Shown one piece after another: positions 11,659 through 25,439 of a stretch of 64,000 nt of DNA (the stretch's first letter is position 1; every line of letters begins with the position of its first letter). The stretch covers positions 61,194,001 through 61,258,000 of the forward strand of contig OX597825.1 of the NCBI GenBank assembly GCA_951406725.2, in the 5' to 3' direction. The stretch is from Octopus vulgaris. Taxonomy: Eukaryota. The translations under genes were made by a program, and so were the position numbers. The notes beneath the pieces are model-generated. The model was given only the letters and a program-made list of their open reading frames with translations. It was not told the DNA's origin and ran no database searches.

Positions 11659-12275
11659 AGTGGTGAGCTGGCAGAAATGTTAGCATGCTAGGTGAAATAC
11701 TTCACGGTATTTCGTCTGTTTTTACGTTCTGGGTTCAAACTCTGCTGAGGTCAACTTTGCCTTTCATCCTTTTGGGGTCGATAAATTAAGTACCAGTTGC
11801 ACACTGGGGTCGATGTAATCGACTTAATCCCTTTGTCTGTCCTTGTTTGTCCCCTCTGTGTGTAGCCCCTTCTGGGCAGTAAAGAAATAAGAAACGTTAG
11901 CATGCTGGGCGAAATGCTTAGCAGTATTTCGTCTGTCTTTACATTCTGGGTTCAAATTCTGCCGAGGTTGACTTTGCCTTTTATCCTTTCGGGGTTGATT
12001 AAATAAGTACCAGTTACGCACTGGGGTCGATATAATCGATTTAATCCATTTTTCTGTCCTTGTTTGTCCTCTCTGTGTTTAGCCCCTTGTGGGTAGTAAA
12101 AAATAGGTATTTTGTCTGTCTTTACATTCTGAGTTCAAATTCTGCTGGGGTCGACTTTCCTTTTCATCCTTTCAGGGTCGATAAATTAAGTACCAGTTGC
12201 GTACTGGAGTCGATCTAATCGACTGGCCCCCACCTCTCCCAAAATTTCAGGCCTTGTGCCTAGAGTAGAAAAGTA
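11659..12275 (+). mobile_element. SINE family B, tandem multimer of three units
   Basis: repeated gagctggcagaaa..gggttcaaattctgccgaggtcgactttgcctttcatcctttcggggtcgataaattaagtacc; the central domain resembles the MetaSINE domain. Confidence 0.85.
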
Positions 12276-14536
12276 TATTCATATGCCCTCAACATTAAAC
12301 TCAAACCCTCTACCCCCAATGACCACTACAACTGTGTGCTCTCATACGCACACATATGTACACACCACTGCTCTCTCTGACATATATGCTAGTGTATTCA
12401 TTCACACAACCACCCACATATACACTCACTCACAACGCATGCATTGACTAACACATACACTAAGAGCACACATCTCAATGTTTACACACACACCACCATT
12501 ACATCCATTCACTTAAACACACATGCACACATTCAAACACTTTCCACACACATGCACATACATGCTCACATGCATACTCCTTCCCAGGCAGTTACGCATG
12601 TATATACTGGTGTGTTTATACACATATGTATCAACCAACACACTCACACCCAAATACACATGTCTATGAATGTATACACACAAATATATACTCATACACT
12701 CACACACATACTGATGTATTCTCACACATATACTTGCACATTACACTCACATATGCATGTATATTAGATGCATATACACCCATCAGTGCACTTATTGAGA
12801 TACATACATTTCTGCATGTTTGAACACATGTTCGCTAATCCACACACTCGTTGAAGCACACACATATGTTAGTGTATTCACACATGTATAAATTTATATG
12901 CATACATGCACTCACCAATGAATGCATTCAAAATACATATACTGTTGCATTCAGACATGCATGCATCATCCGCACATTTACTCACATACATGCATATAGA
13001 TATATTCACAAACACACGTGCATACATGCATCTACCAACACACATCAAATGCACAAACCTTCTTACATGGTCATGCATGTACACATGCACATACATACAT
13101 GCATCTGCAAATATACATATAATACGCAAACATTCTTGCATGCTCAAGCACACACACGCACATACACACAACCACATACACTCATACACATTTATGTGTA
13201 CACATGGTGATTTGTTCACACATGCACCCAGATACTTCCACCGAATTCCTTATCACACATTTACACGTACCCTTATGTTCACCAACCATGCATTATCTCA
13301 AACATGCTGGGCAGGAATATTCACACATATTCAGGCATTTACCAATGTGTTTACCCATATACACTTTTATTGGTGTATTTACACATTCATGCACCCAACA
13401 ATACAACATACCCACCACAAGCACATGCTGTCACTAATTCATTACTCACACATATTCTAGTGCATACACAGACACTCATGCATACTGGTTCCCGCATACA
13501 TACACACACATTTATTAACAAGAGTTGGTGTATTCACACAAGTACAAGCACCCACAAATGCATTTCCTCAGGTACACAAATTGGTATATTTATGCATGCA
13601 CACATACACACACACACGCATATACACCATACAGGTATGCTTGCATCTTCACATGTGCACATATGCATGTTCTCAATCATGAATTAACTTACACATACAT
13701 ATGAGTGTATATATACACTGACATGCATACATCGATGCACTTACCAAAAACTCATACATACATGTTCACAAAAACATGCAGCTAGTCGTGCATTTATTCA
13801 CATGCTTAAGCTGACATATTCACATACATGCACCTACTAATGTTTTAACACACACACATACACACACCAACACATCACACACACATGCCTGCATTTTCAC
13901 ACACACGTGCTCTCACTCATACATTTATTCATGCATTCATGCAGATGTATTTACTCACATATGCATACACTAATGCATGTAATACAAAAACACTCGTACA
14001 CATGTATTCTTTTATGCTTACATACACATGCATTCATGTCCTTACTCGCACACACGCACATGCACACAGACACGCACACACACACACACACACAAACACA
14101 CAAGGTAGTAAATTCAGATACACACATACATGTTTCTATGCATTTGCTCACACATACATGCATTTCCTCACATATATACATTTACATACACCTACGAGCA
14201 TGTGCGTGTATTCTCACAACAAAAGCGTATGTACATGTGTGTTTGTGATGTGAATGTGTGTAAATATGCATGCATGATAGTGTGTTCATACATATGAAAA
14301 CATAATCACAAGCACGGATACATATACTGAAGTAAACACATACTTATATTGGCATATTCACACATACACATGCATACACCTACCAATGTATTTGTTCATA
14401 TGCACACATGCGTGTCTATTGATATAGACACATGCACTCATCGTACACATATATGCATATTCTATCACAAACACACACATATAGTTACTTATGCATATGC
14501 AGAAATAGACTTATACTAATTTATTCATGTACATGA

Positions 14537-14811
14537 ATAGGCATAGGAGTGGCTGTGTGGTAAGTAGCTTGCTTATGAACCACATGGTTCTGGGTTCATT
14601 CCCACTGTGTGTCACCTTGGGCAAATGTCTTCTACTATAGCTTCAGGACCAAAGACCGAGTGGATTTGGTAGATGGAAACTGAAATGAATATATATATAA
14701 ATTAAATTAGCCCACTATTAGGCAAATTGTATATATAATTATATAATATACAAAATATATAAAAAATTTAAATTATTTACATTTAAAATTTTTTATTTAT
14801 ATTTCTAAATT

Positions 14812-14849
<38 letters not shown>

Positions 14850-15037
14850 TCCCCCCCCAACATCGCTTGACAACTGATGCTGGGGGGTTTACATCCCCAT
14901 AACTTAGTGGTTTGGCAAAAGAGACCAATAGAATAAGTACTAAGCTTACAAAGAATACGTCCTGGGGTCGATTTGCTTGATTAAAGGCGGTGCTCCAGCA
15001 TGGCCACAGTCAAGTGACTGAAACAAGTAAAAGAGTA
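14537..15037 (+). mobile_element. SINE family A, full length
   Basis: ataggcataggagtggctgtgtggtaagtagc ... gactgaaacaagtaaaagag. Confidence 0.9.
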
Positions 15038-16304
15038 TGCGTACAGACATGCACATACACCAACAGCTGCGATTATAGACTTACATACCTACATGTTCAT
15101 AAATATAGATGTACATTCATATATTCTCATGCACACATGCAGATATGCCTCCTCTGACACTCTCATGCTTACATACATCCACTCACATGCAGACACACAC
15201 ATGTTGACATATACATACAGATGCATGCACGTGTGTGTGTGTGTGTGTGTGTGTTTGCCTACCAATGCATTTACACTCACACAAACATACATATACATGC
15301 ATACGTTTAATCACACATGTACATATGTTCACCCACGCATTTTCCTCACACATACACACAAGTTGATATAGTCATACATACACGTGCATGCATACATCTA
15401 CAAATGCACATATAAACACACACACCTGTACATGCATATGCACACACACACCTGTATAAACTCAATTACAGTCATGCATATGTCCACCCACGCATTTAAC
15501 CGCATGCATTATCTGGCATATTGACACATAGGTGTTTACAAATGCACACGCATACACACACAGTCATGCACCCCCCGCTACATCAATATAACCAATCACA
15601 AACTCACATGCATACATGTTCACAATTATGCACATATATATACACACATACACACACACACAAATACATGTAAATGTATACATGCATACACTTATACACA
15701 TTCACATATATACACATATGATCACATTTAGACATACTTATACATACACCAAACAAACATGCATACACATGCACATACAGACATACGGACATGCATGCAT
15801 AAACATACTGACATACATACATGAACACACACACATGTACATATACACACATATCCACAGGTACAAACGTACTCTCAAGCACACACACACATACACATAT
15901 GCATATACATACTCATTACACACACAGAGAAACACATACATATGCACACATATACACATATGCATATACATACTCATTACACATGCAGAGAAATGCATAC
16001 ATATGCACAAACATACACATGCATACGCAAACACATATGCATTCAGACACGCACATGCATGCATTTACAAATAAGCAAACTCATACTCACACACACACTT
16101 ACACAAGAACAAATTCATACGACGTACACACACATGCTGATGAGCTCAATTAGAAATAGAAACTGCAAGAAATAAAAATAGATGCCTTTAATGAAATTAA
16201 AAGTTGTGAAGAAATAACAGAAGCCATACTAACATAAAAAGAAGTGGGAATATTGATTATACATTTTCCTATACGCAAACATTGCACACCTCCATCTATT
16301 TCAT

Positions 16305-16452
16305 GCTGCTGCTGCTACTACTGCTACTACTACTACTACTAATAATAATAATATAACCATTTTTGTGGTTTTTATCACCCATATTTTCAACCATCTATCA
16401 TCCTTCACCTTTTTGTTTTTTTTCATTTAATATTTCCTATCATTTAATAAAG

Positions 16453-16497
<45 letters not shown>

Positions 16498-16770
16498 CAT
16501 TATTATTATTATTGTTGTTGTTGTTGTTGTTGCTATTATTATTGTTGTTGTTGTTATTTTTATGATGATGATGATCATCATCATCTTCATCATCATTATT
16601 ATCATTACTACTATTGTTATTATTTTTATTATTTATTAGTATTATTATTATTGATTATTATTATTATTATTATTATTGTTGGTGGTGGTGTTGTTGCTTT
16701 TTTTTATCATTATTATTAGTATTACAATTATTATTATTAGTTGTATTAGTATTAGTACTATTATTATTTT
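16305..16770. repeat. Compound trinucleotide microsatellite (GCT/ACT/AAT/TTA/TTG/GAT/CAT)
   Basis: direct reading. Confidence 0.9.
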
Positions 16771-17345
16771 ATCGTAAGCTTATTTGTATAGTAAGAATAT
16801 AATAAAGTTGAAAAACACACCAAAAAAAAATTTAAATATAAATATTATGCTACAAATATCTGAAACTTGTGTGTGTGTGTATGTGTGTGTGTGTGTGCAT
16901 GTGTGTGTGTATTTCATTGCATCCTCTGCTTCTGCCTCTGCCCACTCAATTTTTATATGTTTATTTATACATTTGTTTATATTTTTTCTTTCATATTTTA
17001 ATTCAAGTTGTTTGTTTTTGATGTAGTGTTGCATAAATTTCATTGCAAAGTGAGGAATCCTTCACGTTTGACTTTTCCTAACCTTCACGAAGACATTCTC
17101 ATATTAGCTGCCTTTTATGAAGTGGAATGGTACTGTTTCAGTGTAGCAAATCAAAAAAAAAAAAAGCACACACACACATAAAAAAAAATGAAATCAAATC
17201 GAATCAAAATTAGTCACTATGATAGAAGCTGCTTCATGGTTGACTGACCTCCAAGAAAGAGCAGCTAAATCTTCCTTAAATCACACTCTATTGAGATATT
17301 TTTTTGGTTGTAAAAAGAACCACGGATATGTCAGATAATCAGTAT

Positions 17346-17579
17346 CTATTTCTTTACTACCCACAAGGGGCTAAACACAGAGGAGACAAACAAAGACAGA
17401 CAAACGGATTAAGTCGATTATATCGACCCCAGTGCATAACTGGTACCTATTTAATTGACCACGAAAGGATGAAAGGCAAAGTCGACCTCTGCGGAATTTG
17501 AACTCAGAAAGTAGTGGCAGACAAAATATGGCTACGCAGTTTGCCCAGTATGCTAACGATTCTGCCAGCTCGCCACCTT
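17346..17579 (-). mobile_element. SINE family B
   Basis: reverse complement of the 11659 unit (aaaggatgaaaggcaaagtcgacctc...ctgccagctcgccacc). Confidence 0.85.
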
Positions 17580-17961
17580 CATATGTCAGATAATCATTAT
17601 CATCATCAACATCATCATTGTTATTGCTGTTGTCATCGTCATCTTCATCCTTGTTACCATCATTGTCGTCGTCATCGTTGTCGTCATCTTCCTCATCATA
17701 ACTACCGCTACCAAATTTGTTGCGGCTGATTTTCTTTGGCCAGATGTCCTTCCTGTTGTCAGCCAAATCTTCCCTAATATTTCTCCATGACTGGAGATGT
17801 TTTCACACATGAGTGAAAGCCAGGTCTGCAGCTTGTATGATGGTATCGTTCATTTATAACTATCACATGATTTGAAGACAAGGAAACACAAGCACACACA
17901 AATATATACATACACAAATACAGATGTATATATGTATATATGCCCATGTGTGTGTACATGC

Positions 17962-17999
<38 letters not shown>

Positions 18000-18001
<2 letters not shown>

Positions 18002-18393
18002 TTTTAATTTTTTTATTCTTTTATTTGTTTCAGTCATTTGACTGTGGCTATGCTGGAGCACCACATTTAGTTGAGCAAATCGACCCCAGGACTTATTTTT
18101 TGTAAGACTTATTCTTTTGGTCTCTTTTGCTGAACCACTAAGTTATGGGGACATAAACACACCAGCATCAGTTGTCAAGTGATGTTGGCAGGGTGAAAAA
18201 CAGACACATAAACATACACACACAAACATACACATATATATATATATACAATGGGCTTCTTTTCAGTTTCCATCTACCATATCCACTCACAAGCTTTGGT
18301 CAGCTTGAGGCTACAGTGGAAGACACTATGCAGTGGGAGTGAACCCAGAACCATGTGGTTGATAAGCAAGCTACTTACCACACAGCCACTCCT
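18000..18393 (-). mobile_element. SINE family A
   Basis: cttttatttgtttcagtcatttgactg ... ctacttaccacacagccactcc. Confidence 0.85.
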
Positions 18394-18435
18394 ATATATC
18401 CTGCATATATGTATATACATTCATATATATGTGTG

Positions 18436-18472
<37 letters not shown>

Positions 18473-19579
18473 GTGTGTGTGTGTGTATGTACATATACAT
18501 ATACACAACAAGTTACTCTCAGTTTCTGCCTACCAAAATTACTCACAAGACTTCTGTCAACCAGGGCTACTGTGAAAGACACTTACTTAAGATACCGTAA
18601 AGTGGTATTGAACCCCAAACCATGTAGTTTGGAAGTGAACTCCTCAGTCACACAGGTATGCATCTGCCTATATATTCCTAAGTAGGTTGTGACTGCAAAA
18701 AAAAAAAAAATGTGGGATGGTCATGGGTGGAATATTTTTTCATGGAAGGTCTTTTCAATCAGAGCTGACTTGAAGCTAAATAACAGGAAGACAAGACATA
18801 AAAATATAAAAAAAAAATTTCCATTAGTTTTCTGTGGGCAGAGTGACAGAAATATTTAACATGTTCAATGTCGACAAGAAGAAAATCATTAATGTACGCA
18901 TTCCAAAAAATTAGCATTTTTATTACCTTATTTCAATGTTGACATGAAAATAAACTGTTCTACAAATTAATATATTTTCCTGGGAGTTCTCGGTACCGAC
19001 TTTCTATATTGAAATACTTTTCTTATAATCAATTACTTTCCAAAGAGTAATGAATATTTAACAGGCCGATTCTATAGATTTACCCAGCTGCTAGCCTTAT
19101 TGGCTAAGTTCTGAATGGTGTCTTAACTTACAAGAGAATGATATATATATCTTTATATTTTTAACTCAAAGGGATGACTAATCCCAAAGGTTTTTAATAG
19201 CTGCTTTTTTTAAAGTCATAGCAATAGCAAGAATGTCACCAAATCATGGGGTATAGTTTACAGCACTCCTTTTGTTTTATGTTAGAATCTCAGGAATTTA
19301 CTGGCGAATATAACAAGAAGCATTACCATTATTTTGACATGCACCTTTTCTGTGCTAGCACAGGTCAGATGGGATTTGCTGAAGATTTTCTATGGTTGGA
19401 TGCTCTTCCTGTCACCAACTGTCAAGTGTATCCAAGGAAGTTAATATTTACCCTTGTTAAGACATATTTGTACCGAAGATTAAAAATAAATGATGCTATT
19501 TGTGTGATGGTGATGCTTCTCAACAACTACTGTGCAATATCAAAACAAGAAGACACAACCACAAACGTGTATACACACC

Positions 19580-19770
19580 AGTGTTATTCCAAGGGAAAGG
19601 CAAAGGTCGATACAGCTTGGCACCATTGACGTCACAACTTATTTCTACAGCTGAGTGAACTGGAGCCACGGGAAATAAAGTGTCTTGTTCAAGAACACAA
19701 CACGCAGCCCAGTTTGGGATTCGAACTCACAACCTCACCATCGTAATTTCAATGCTCTAACCACTGAGCA
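19580..19770 (-). mobile_element. SINE family E variant, followed by a long (TA)/(TACA) microsatellite to about 20051
   Basis: ctacagctgagtgaactggagc...ggattcgaactcacaacc; related copy at 36069-36378. Confidence 0.75.
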
Positions 19771-19798
19771 CACACACACACATACATATACATACATA

Positions 19799-19844
<46 letters not shown>

Positions 19845-19868
19845 CATATATATATATATACATACATA

Positions 19869-19910
<42 letters not shown>

Positions 19911-19957
19911 CATACATACATATATATATATACATACATACATACATATATATATAT

Positions 19958-20036
<79 letters not shown>

Positions 20037-20152
20037 TACATATATATATATAGTCAATCCAAACATGAACAAGCAAGAAGAAACAACAACACGAGGACGT
20101 GGAATAAGTACAGTGTTATTGGACGCACAGGAAAGGAAAGAAAAGAAAGAGG

Positions 20153-20187
20153 ATTTCACATTTCGAGCAGAGCTCTTCATCAGAAAT
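20153..20187 (-). ncRNA. Minimal hammerhead motif with intact core but cleavage triplet mutated to GUG, in a Penelope-like short element (20053-20250)
   Basis: reverse strand ATTT-CTGATGA-A-GAGC-TCT-GCTC-GAAA-TGTG-AAAT. Confidence 0.6.
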
Positions 20188-20629
20188 ATAGAAAAAGTCC
20201 AAAGAAGGGAAGACAGAGAAAGAAAATCACCAACGATACACATGCGCTCATGTGTATATATATATTGAAATATATATATATGAATGGAGTTCTTTCAGTT
20301 TCCATCTACCAAATCCTTTCACAAGGATTTAGTTGGTATGAGGTTATTGTAGAAGATCCTTGTGCCATGCAGTAAGACTGAACACAAAACAATTTTTATA
20401 TATTCTACTTCCATAGGCATTAGATGCCACATGGAATTGGACCCAAAGTTGTGTGCTATGACTGTGCCTATGAAAATAGAAAATAAAAAGGTTAACTACT
20501 AAGTAGATATCTGTTTTATTATTTGCCATTTATAGAGCAATTGTAAAACTCATTTTGTACATTTTGAGATTTGTAACTAAATTTTATTTATTTTTCTATT
20601 CATTTAATTTTTTATTTTGTTTATGATAT

Positions 20630-21067
20630 CTCTTTTACTCTTTTTACTCTTTGACTTGTTTCAGTCATTTGATTGCGACCATGCAGGAGCACCACTTTTA
20701 GTCGAACAAATCGACCCCAGGACTTATTCTTTGTAAACCTAGTACTTATTTCATCAGTCTCTTTTGCCGAACCGCTAAGTTACGGGGACGTAAACACACC
20801 ACCATCATTTGTCAAGTGATGTTGGGGGACCAAACACAAAAACATAAACACACACACGCACACACACTCACATATATATATATATATGCATATACATATA
20901 TACAACGGGCTTCTTTCAGTTTCCGTCTACCAAATCCACTCACAAGGCTTTGGTCGGCCTGAGGCTATAGTAGAAGACACTTGCCCAAGGTGCCATGCAG
21001 TGGGAATGAACCTGGAACCATGTGGTTGGTAAGCAAGCTACTTACCACACAGTCACTCCTGTGCCTA
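20630..21067 (-). mobile_element. SINE family A, full length
   Basis: ctcttttactc..gtttcagtcatttg ... ccacacagtcactcctgtgccta. Confidence 0.9.
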
Positions 21068-21249
21068 CAACAATATACTAACACTAATAAAGTAAATACT
21101 TCTTAATTACAACCAAACATTCTTTTTTGAAACACAGACCTTTCATCTGTTATTCCTATTTCACCTCTATTGTCCAGGCTGTACTCTATATTCCTACTCT
21201 ATGCCAAACAGGGATATCTGCATTTACATAGAATTTACTTACCCTTTTA

Positions 21250-21490
21250 AAAAACTGTCTCATCGTCAACAAAGATTTCTAGTTTCTCTGCATCAAATTC
21301 TCTCATTCATATCTCTCTAAATTCATCTTCTACCTCTTTTGATTATCAGAACTTCTCTCAGCACGAATAGGTTTTCAATTGTGTCTTGTCTCATATGAAG
21401 GACTTCTCAACAAACCAACTCAGTTTTTCTCCATCAGAATTTCTCTTTTACACGTTTCTCTTCCTTTTTAAATAAGTTTGCAACTATTTC
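21250..21490 (-). pseudogene. Highly decayed LINE reverse transcriptase fragment
   Basis: reverse strand reads DTIENLFVLREVLIIKR, resembling the RT motif T.DNLF.L.. Confidence 0.4.
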
Positions 21491-21670
21491 TTGTCCTGTA
21501 CTAAAGACATCTGTCTCACCCCACGTCTTACTGAAGTTGTTGTTTAGCCCCAAATCAGCTCTGATTAAATAGGCCTACTTCCAAAGTCATTCAGCTTATG
21601 TCTTTTAGTTTCATATCATCCCTAATCACTATGATTGGTTAGGATTTAAACTCAGGTGTTTTACAGAATC

Positions 21671-22256
21671 CTAGTTTGGCAGCTATTGCTTCTAATTTTG
21701 ATGTTTTATTTTACATTTGGCTATATGTTTGTGAAAGTAGTGCTATATCATCTGCAAACTCGAGATCTTGTAGAGTTTCTGCATCCATCCATTCAATGCC
21801 AGTTTGGCTTTCAATCACAGTTTCCTTCATAATCCAATCTATAATTAGTAGAAATAAAAAAACAGTTAAGTCTAATAAGCAAATACAATCATTCATCAAC
21901 AGATGCTTGCATAGTATACTTAAAATTAGATGGCCCGAACACATAAGCAATATGGAGCTATGGCAAAGGAGAAGTGAAGTTTCGATTAGGGAGCAAATAT
22001 TTAAGAAAAAGTGGAAGTAGATTGGTAGCACAATTAGAAAAGACACATCAAATGTAGTGAAAAGTGCTTTACAGTGGAAATCGGATGGATATAGAAGGAG
22101 AGGTAGGCCTAAGAACTCGTGGTGGAGATCAACACAAAAGGAACTAGAGAAAGGGGGACATTCATGGCAGAAGCCAAAAATTATGCGACATAGAATTCAA
22201 CTATAAGTGGCCTATACTGTTGGAGGGTTAAAGGCATAAAGTTAAAGTTAAAAAAA
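21671..22256 (+). mobile_element. RTE LINE insertion with 5' inversion and 13-bp TSD
   Basis: minus strand LFLLIIDWIM..DLEFADDIALL (RT catalytic FADD); plus strand KQIQSFINRCLHSILKIRWP..RRRGRPKNSW; TSD gttttacagaatc at 21658-21670 and 22257-22269. Confidence 0.9.
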
Positions 22257-22435
22257 GTTTTACAGAATCTTGTAAGTAGGAAAGATTGTGGAAAATTAGT
22301 TCTGGTAGTTGGTGCAGTCAAAAGAATTAATGTAAATTATTATTTTGCAGGCAAGAAATTTCATAGCTAACTTAGAAATTTGTAATTTGGAGGAAGCATT
22401 TCCGAGAAGTTGTTTTTAATATATTATCATTTGAG

Positions 22436-22660
22436 AAGGTGGCAGCTGGCAGAATTGCTAGCATTCCAGGTAAATGCTTAGCAGCATTTCACCTGCCTTT
22501 GTGTTCTAAGTTCAAATTCAACCAAGGGTGACATTGCTTTTCATCCTTTTTGGGTCAATAAAATAAGTACCAGTTAAGCACTTGGGTTGATGTTATCAAC
22601 TTAACCCACATCTCCACCCCCCAAAAATGCTGGCCTTGTGCCAAAATTTGAAACCATTAT
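22436..22660 (+). mobile_element. SINE family B, older copy
   Basis: aaggtggcagctggcagaattgctagc..ttttcatcctttttgggtcaataaaataagtaccag. Confidence 0.75.
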
Positions 22661-24494
22661 CATCATCATTATTTGAGAATTAGAATTATTATTCACTTTC
22701 AGCCAACTGTATATTCTGAATTTTCTTTTTAAGCTAAAGAATGCTTTAATGCAAATTTTAGGGTAAGAAAATTTAAATTATTGAATTATTTAGTTACAAG
22801 TCAGCAGAGTAGAAAGTTTTTGATTATATTCACAATGAAATGTGATTTATTTTCTCCGATAGGTGACACTTTACTAAGCTGGGAAACCAGCTATAACTGT
22901 CTGGAAATGAGATTTTCTCATTATTTATCTATTGAAATAGAGTAAATTTGTCTAAACCATTATTGCATTGGAATGACATCTATTGTGATAAATATTATGA
23001 AGATCAACGTAGAGTCCAAGTATTGACATTCTTTACTAAATCTATTCGAGCAGTTTTTAAAATATAAGGTTTTTAATAACTTCACAGAAATCTGTCTGTC
23101 CTTTTTGTTTCAGTTATAGAAAGGAAAATAATTCACTACCACTTATTAGTAGACATCATTACACATCCGTCTTCATAATAAAGAGAAACTGGAGATATTT
23201 CCTTAACAGAAATTTACTAACTGTCTGTAAAGTACTTTTCTATATTGATCAATCATTGATAGATATATATAAAAAAAGTCTTTATTGAATGTAAAGGTGA
23301 AATTCACAATTGTCTTTTCAGGCAAAGTTGATATGATTTAAACTAATGGCCAAAGGATTAATGATTTATGTCAAGAGAAAATTTACTTTCTAATGACCAA
23401 TTCTGCCTGGGTATAAATAAATATTAACACGAAGTATGTCTTGCTAGTGTAATGAACCCCTGACAAGTTAACAAATGTTTTATTGACATGTGATAAAAAA
23501 TTTGAGTTCTTTGCTAGGCCTTGCTTAGAATACTTTCTGACATAATCACAAGGAATTACATTATTATTATTATTACTATTATTTTTTTTTTTTCGGGAGA
23601 GTGATTAGACAGTTAAATTAACCCTAGTACCTACTTAGTATTTTTACTTTATTGACTACAGAAGGACAACAGGAAAAGTTGAACTCATACTACATAAGTA
23701 CTGAAACAAATACACAAGACATTTTGTCTGATTTTCTAATCACACTGCTGGCCACGACAATGGCTTGCATTACAATAAAAATAACATATTACCTAAATCA
23801 ATTTCGCCAACATCATTCTATATAAAAAGAAAAACTTTTTATGAATGAATGACTGAAGAAAGAGAATCTACAAGTTAGGAATATTCATATATATTCTGCA
23901 GCCAAATCCTGTCTGAGATTGGTTTTTATATTTTGTCCTTCTGTTGTTTAATAAAAATGCAAAGTCACTTAAGTTCTGAAATTGGTATAACTGATACTTC
24001 CCTCACTTTCCTCTTTTGAAAATAGAGTAAGAAAGCTTTTGTTTCTTAACAGAATGTTGCATATCACTTTATATATATCTCTCACTGCTATCTTTAGGAA
24101 AAGTTTCACTTCTTATTAGAAATTATTATTTATATTAAACATTATGACAAAATCACTGAGTTATTCAATTAGCTTACACCCTCCCCAAAGATTTCAACCT
24201 TATGCTTATAATAGAAAGGACTATTATTATTTTTATTAATTCTGTTACTGCTTGGTTTGCCAAAGTTCTTTTGTCACTCTTCTGTAACCTCTTCAATGAC
24301 TTTCAGTTCCCCATGTCTCCTCTTGTCTTGTGTAACTCTGACAAAAAGACTAAACTGATAATAATAATAATAAAGTGAAGATCAAATATAGAGTGCACGT
24401 TTTTCTTGGCAAAAGTTGACCATCCTCAAATACATGTATATACATATATATATGTATATGTATATACACATATATATACGTATATATATATATG

Positions 24495-24545
<51 letters not shown>

Positions 24546-24549
24546 CATT

Positions 24550-24888
24550 GCTCTTTCATTCATTTATTTGTCATTTGACTGCGGCCAGCTGGAGCACTAC
24601 CTTTAGTCAAACAAATCTATTGGTCTCTTTTGCCAAACTGCTAATTTACAGGAATGTAAACACACCAACATTGGTTGTCAAAATTAGTGGGGGGTCAACT
24701 ACAGACACACAAGTAAATACATGTATGATGGGCTTCTTTCAGCTTCCATCTACCAAATCCACTCACAAAGCTGTGGTCAGCCCACAGCTATAGTAGAAGA
24801 CACTTATCCAAGGTGTTATACACTGAGACTGAACCCGGAACCATATGATTGGGAAGCAAACTACTTACCACACAGCCACTAATGCACC
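24550..24888 (-). mobile_element. SINE family A, diverged
   Basis: gtcatttgactgcggcc..ccaaatccactcacaaag..ctacttaccacacagccac. Confidence 0.8.
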
Positions 24889-24934
24889 ATATTTTTTTTT
24901 TTTCTAGTTTCAGCTCAGAGCTGCGGCCATGCTG

Positions 24935-24968
<34 letters not shown>

Positions 24969-25439
24969 GGACATCATGTTCAAGAAAATTCTTTATAGCA
25001 AAATTGGTGGTCTATTCTCACTAATTATTTCTTTTACGTTCCTCACAAGTGATTCTGAGTTGTTGACAAAGAGTTAGGAGAATGAAAAGGATAGTTTTTC
25101 TAAAGAACTAATCCATCTTTAAAAGTTGATTCACAAGAAAAATGATGGAATTTATTGCCCCTTCTATCACTCATAGTTGACATCTCTTACTCTTTTATCA
25201 TTTTCCCTGTCCTGTTGTCATCACTCTCTCTCTCTCACTTCATCTTCTGTCACCCTTTCTCCCTCCTATCACTACCCTACACCCATTAACTCAGTTGTCT
25301 CAGCAACAGTCATCATGTAGTTATCTTAGAAGAGAAGCTCTTTTCCTCTCTCTTCTTTCCCTTTCTTCTCTGTTAAAATTTCCCCTCATATTACTCTGGT
25401 TTTCATAAATCAGTGTCCTTTCTATTAATTTCTTGCTCT

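Larger units (their letters stand above)
10800..16140 (+). repeat. About 5-kb cryptically simple CA/TA-rich low-complexity tract, interrupted by a MITE and SINEs
   Basis: continuous degenerate cacacatacatgca units; source of the His/Thr/Tyr-rich spurious ORFs. Confidence 0.85.

Noticed and set aside
11659-12275. Repeat-spacer appearance suggesting a CRISPR-like array (also 36520-36705 and 46288-46850)
   Set aside because: Eukaryotic SINE multimers with irregular, homologous spacers and no cas genes.
16134-16165. CTGATGA followed by GAAA as a hammerhead
   Set aside because: No stem II between the core elements and no stem I or III.
12256-16175. Numerous His/Thr/Tyr/Met-rich ORFs up to 184 aa
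   Set aside because: Translations of CA/TA low-complexity DNA, open in several frames on both strands, with no domain signal.
22864-23230. Two possible + strand exons after ccgatag and gtttcag
   Set aside because: Weak donors, unrecognisable peptides and intron-like base composition.
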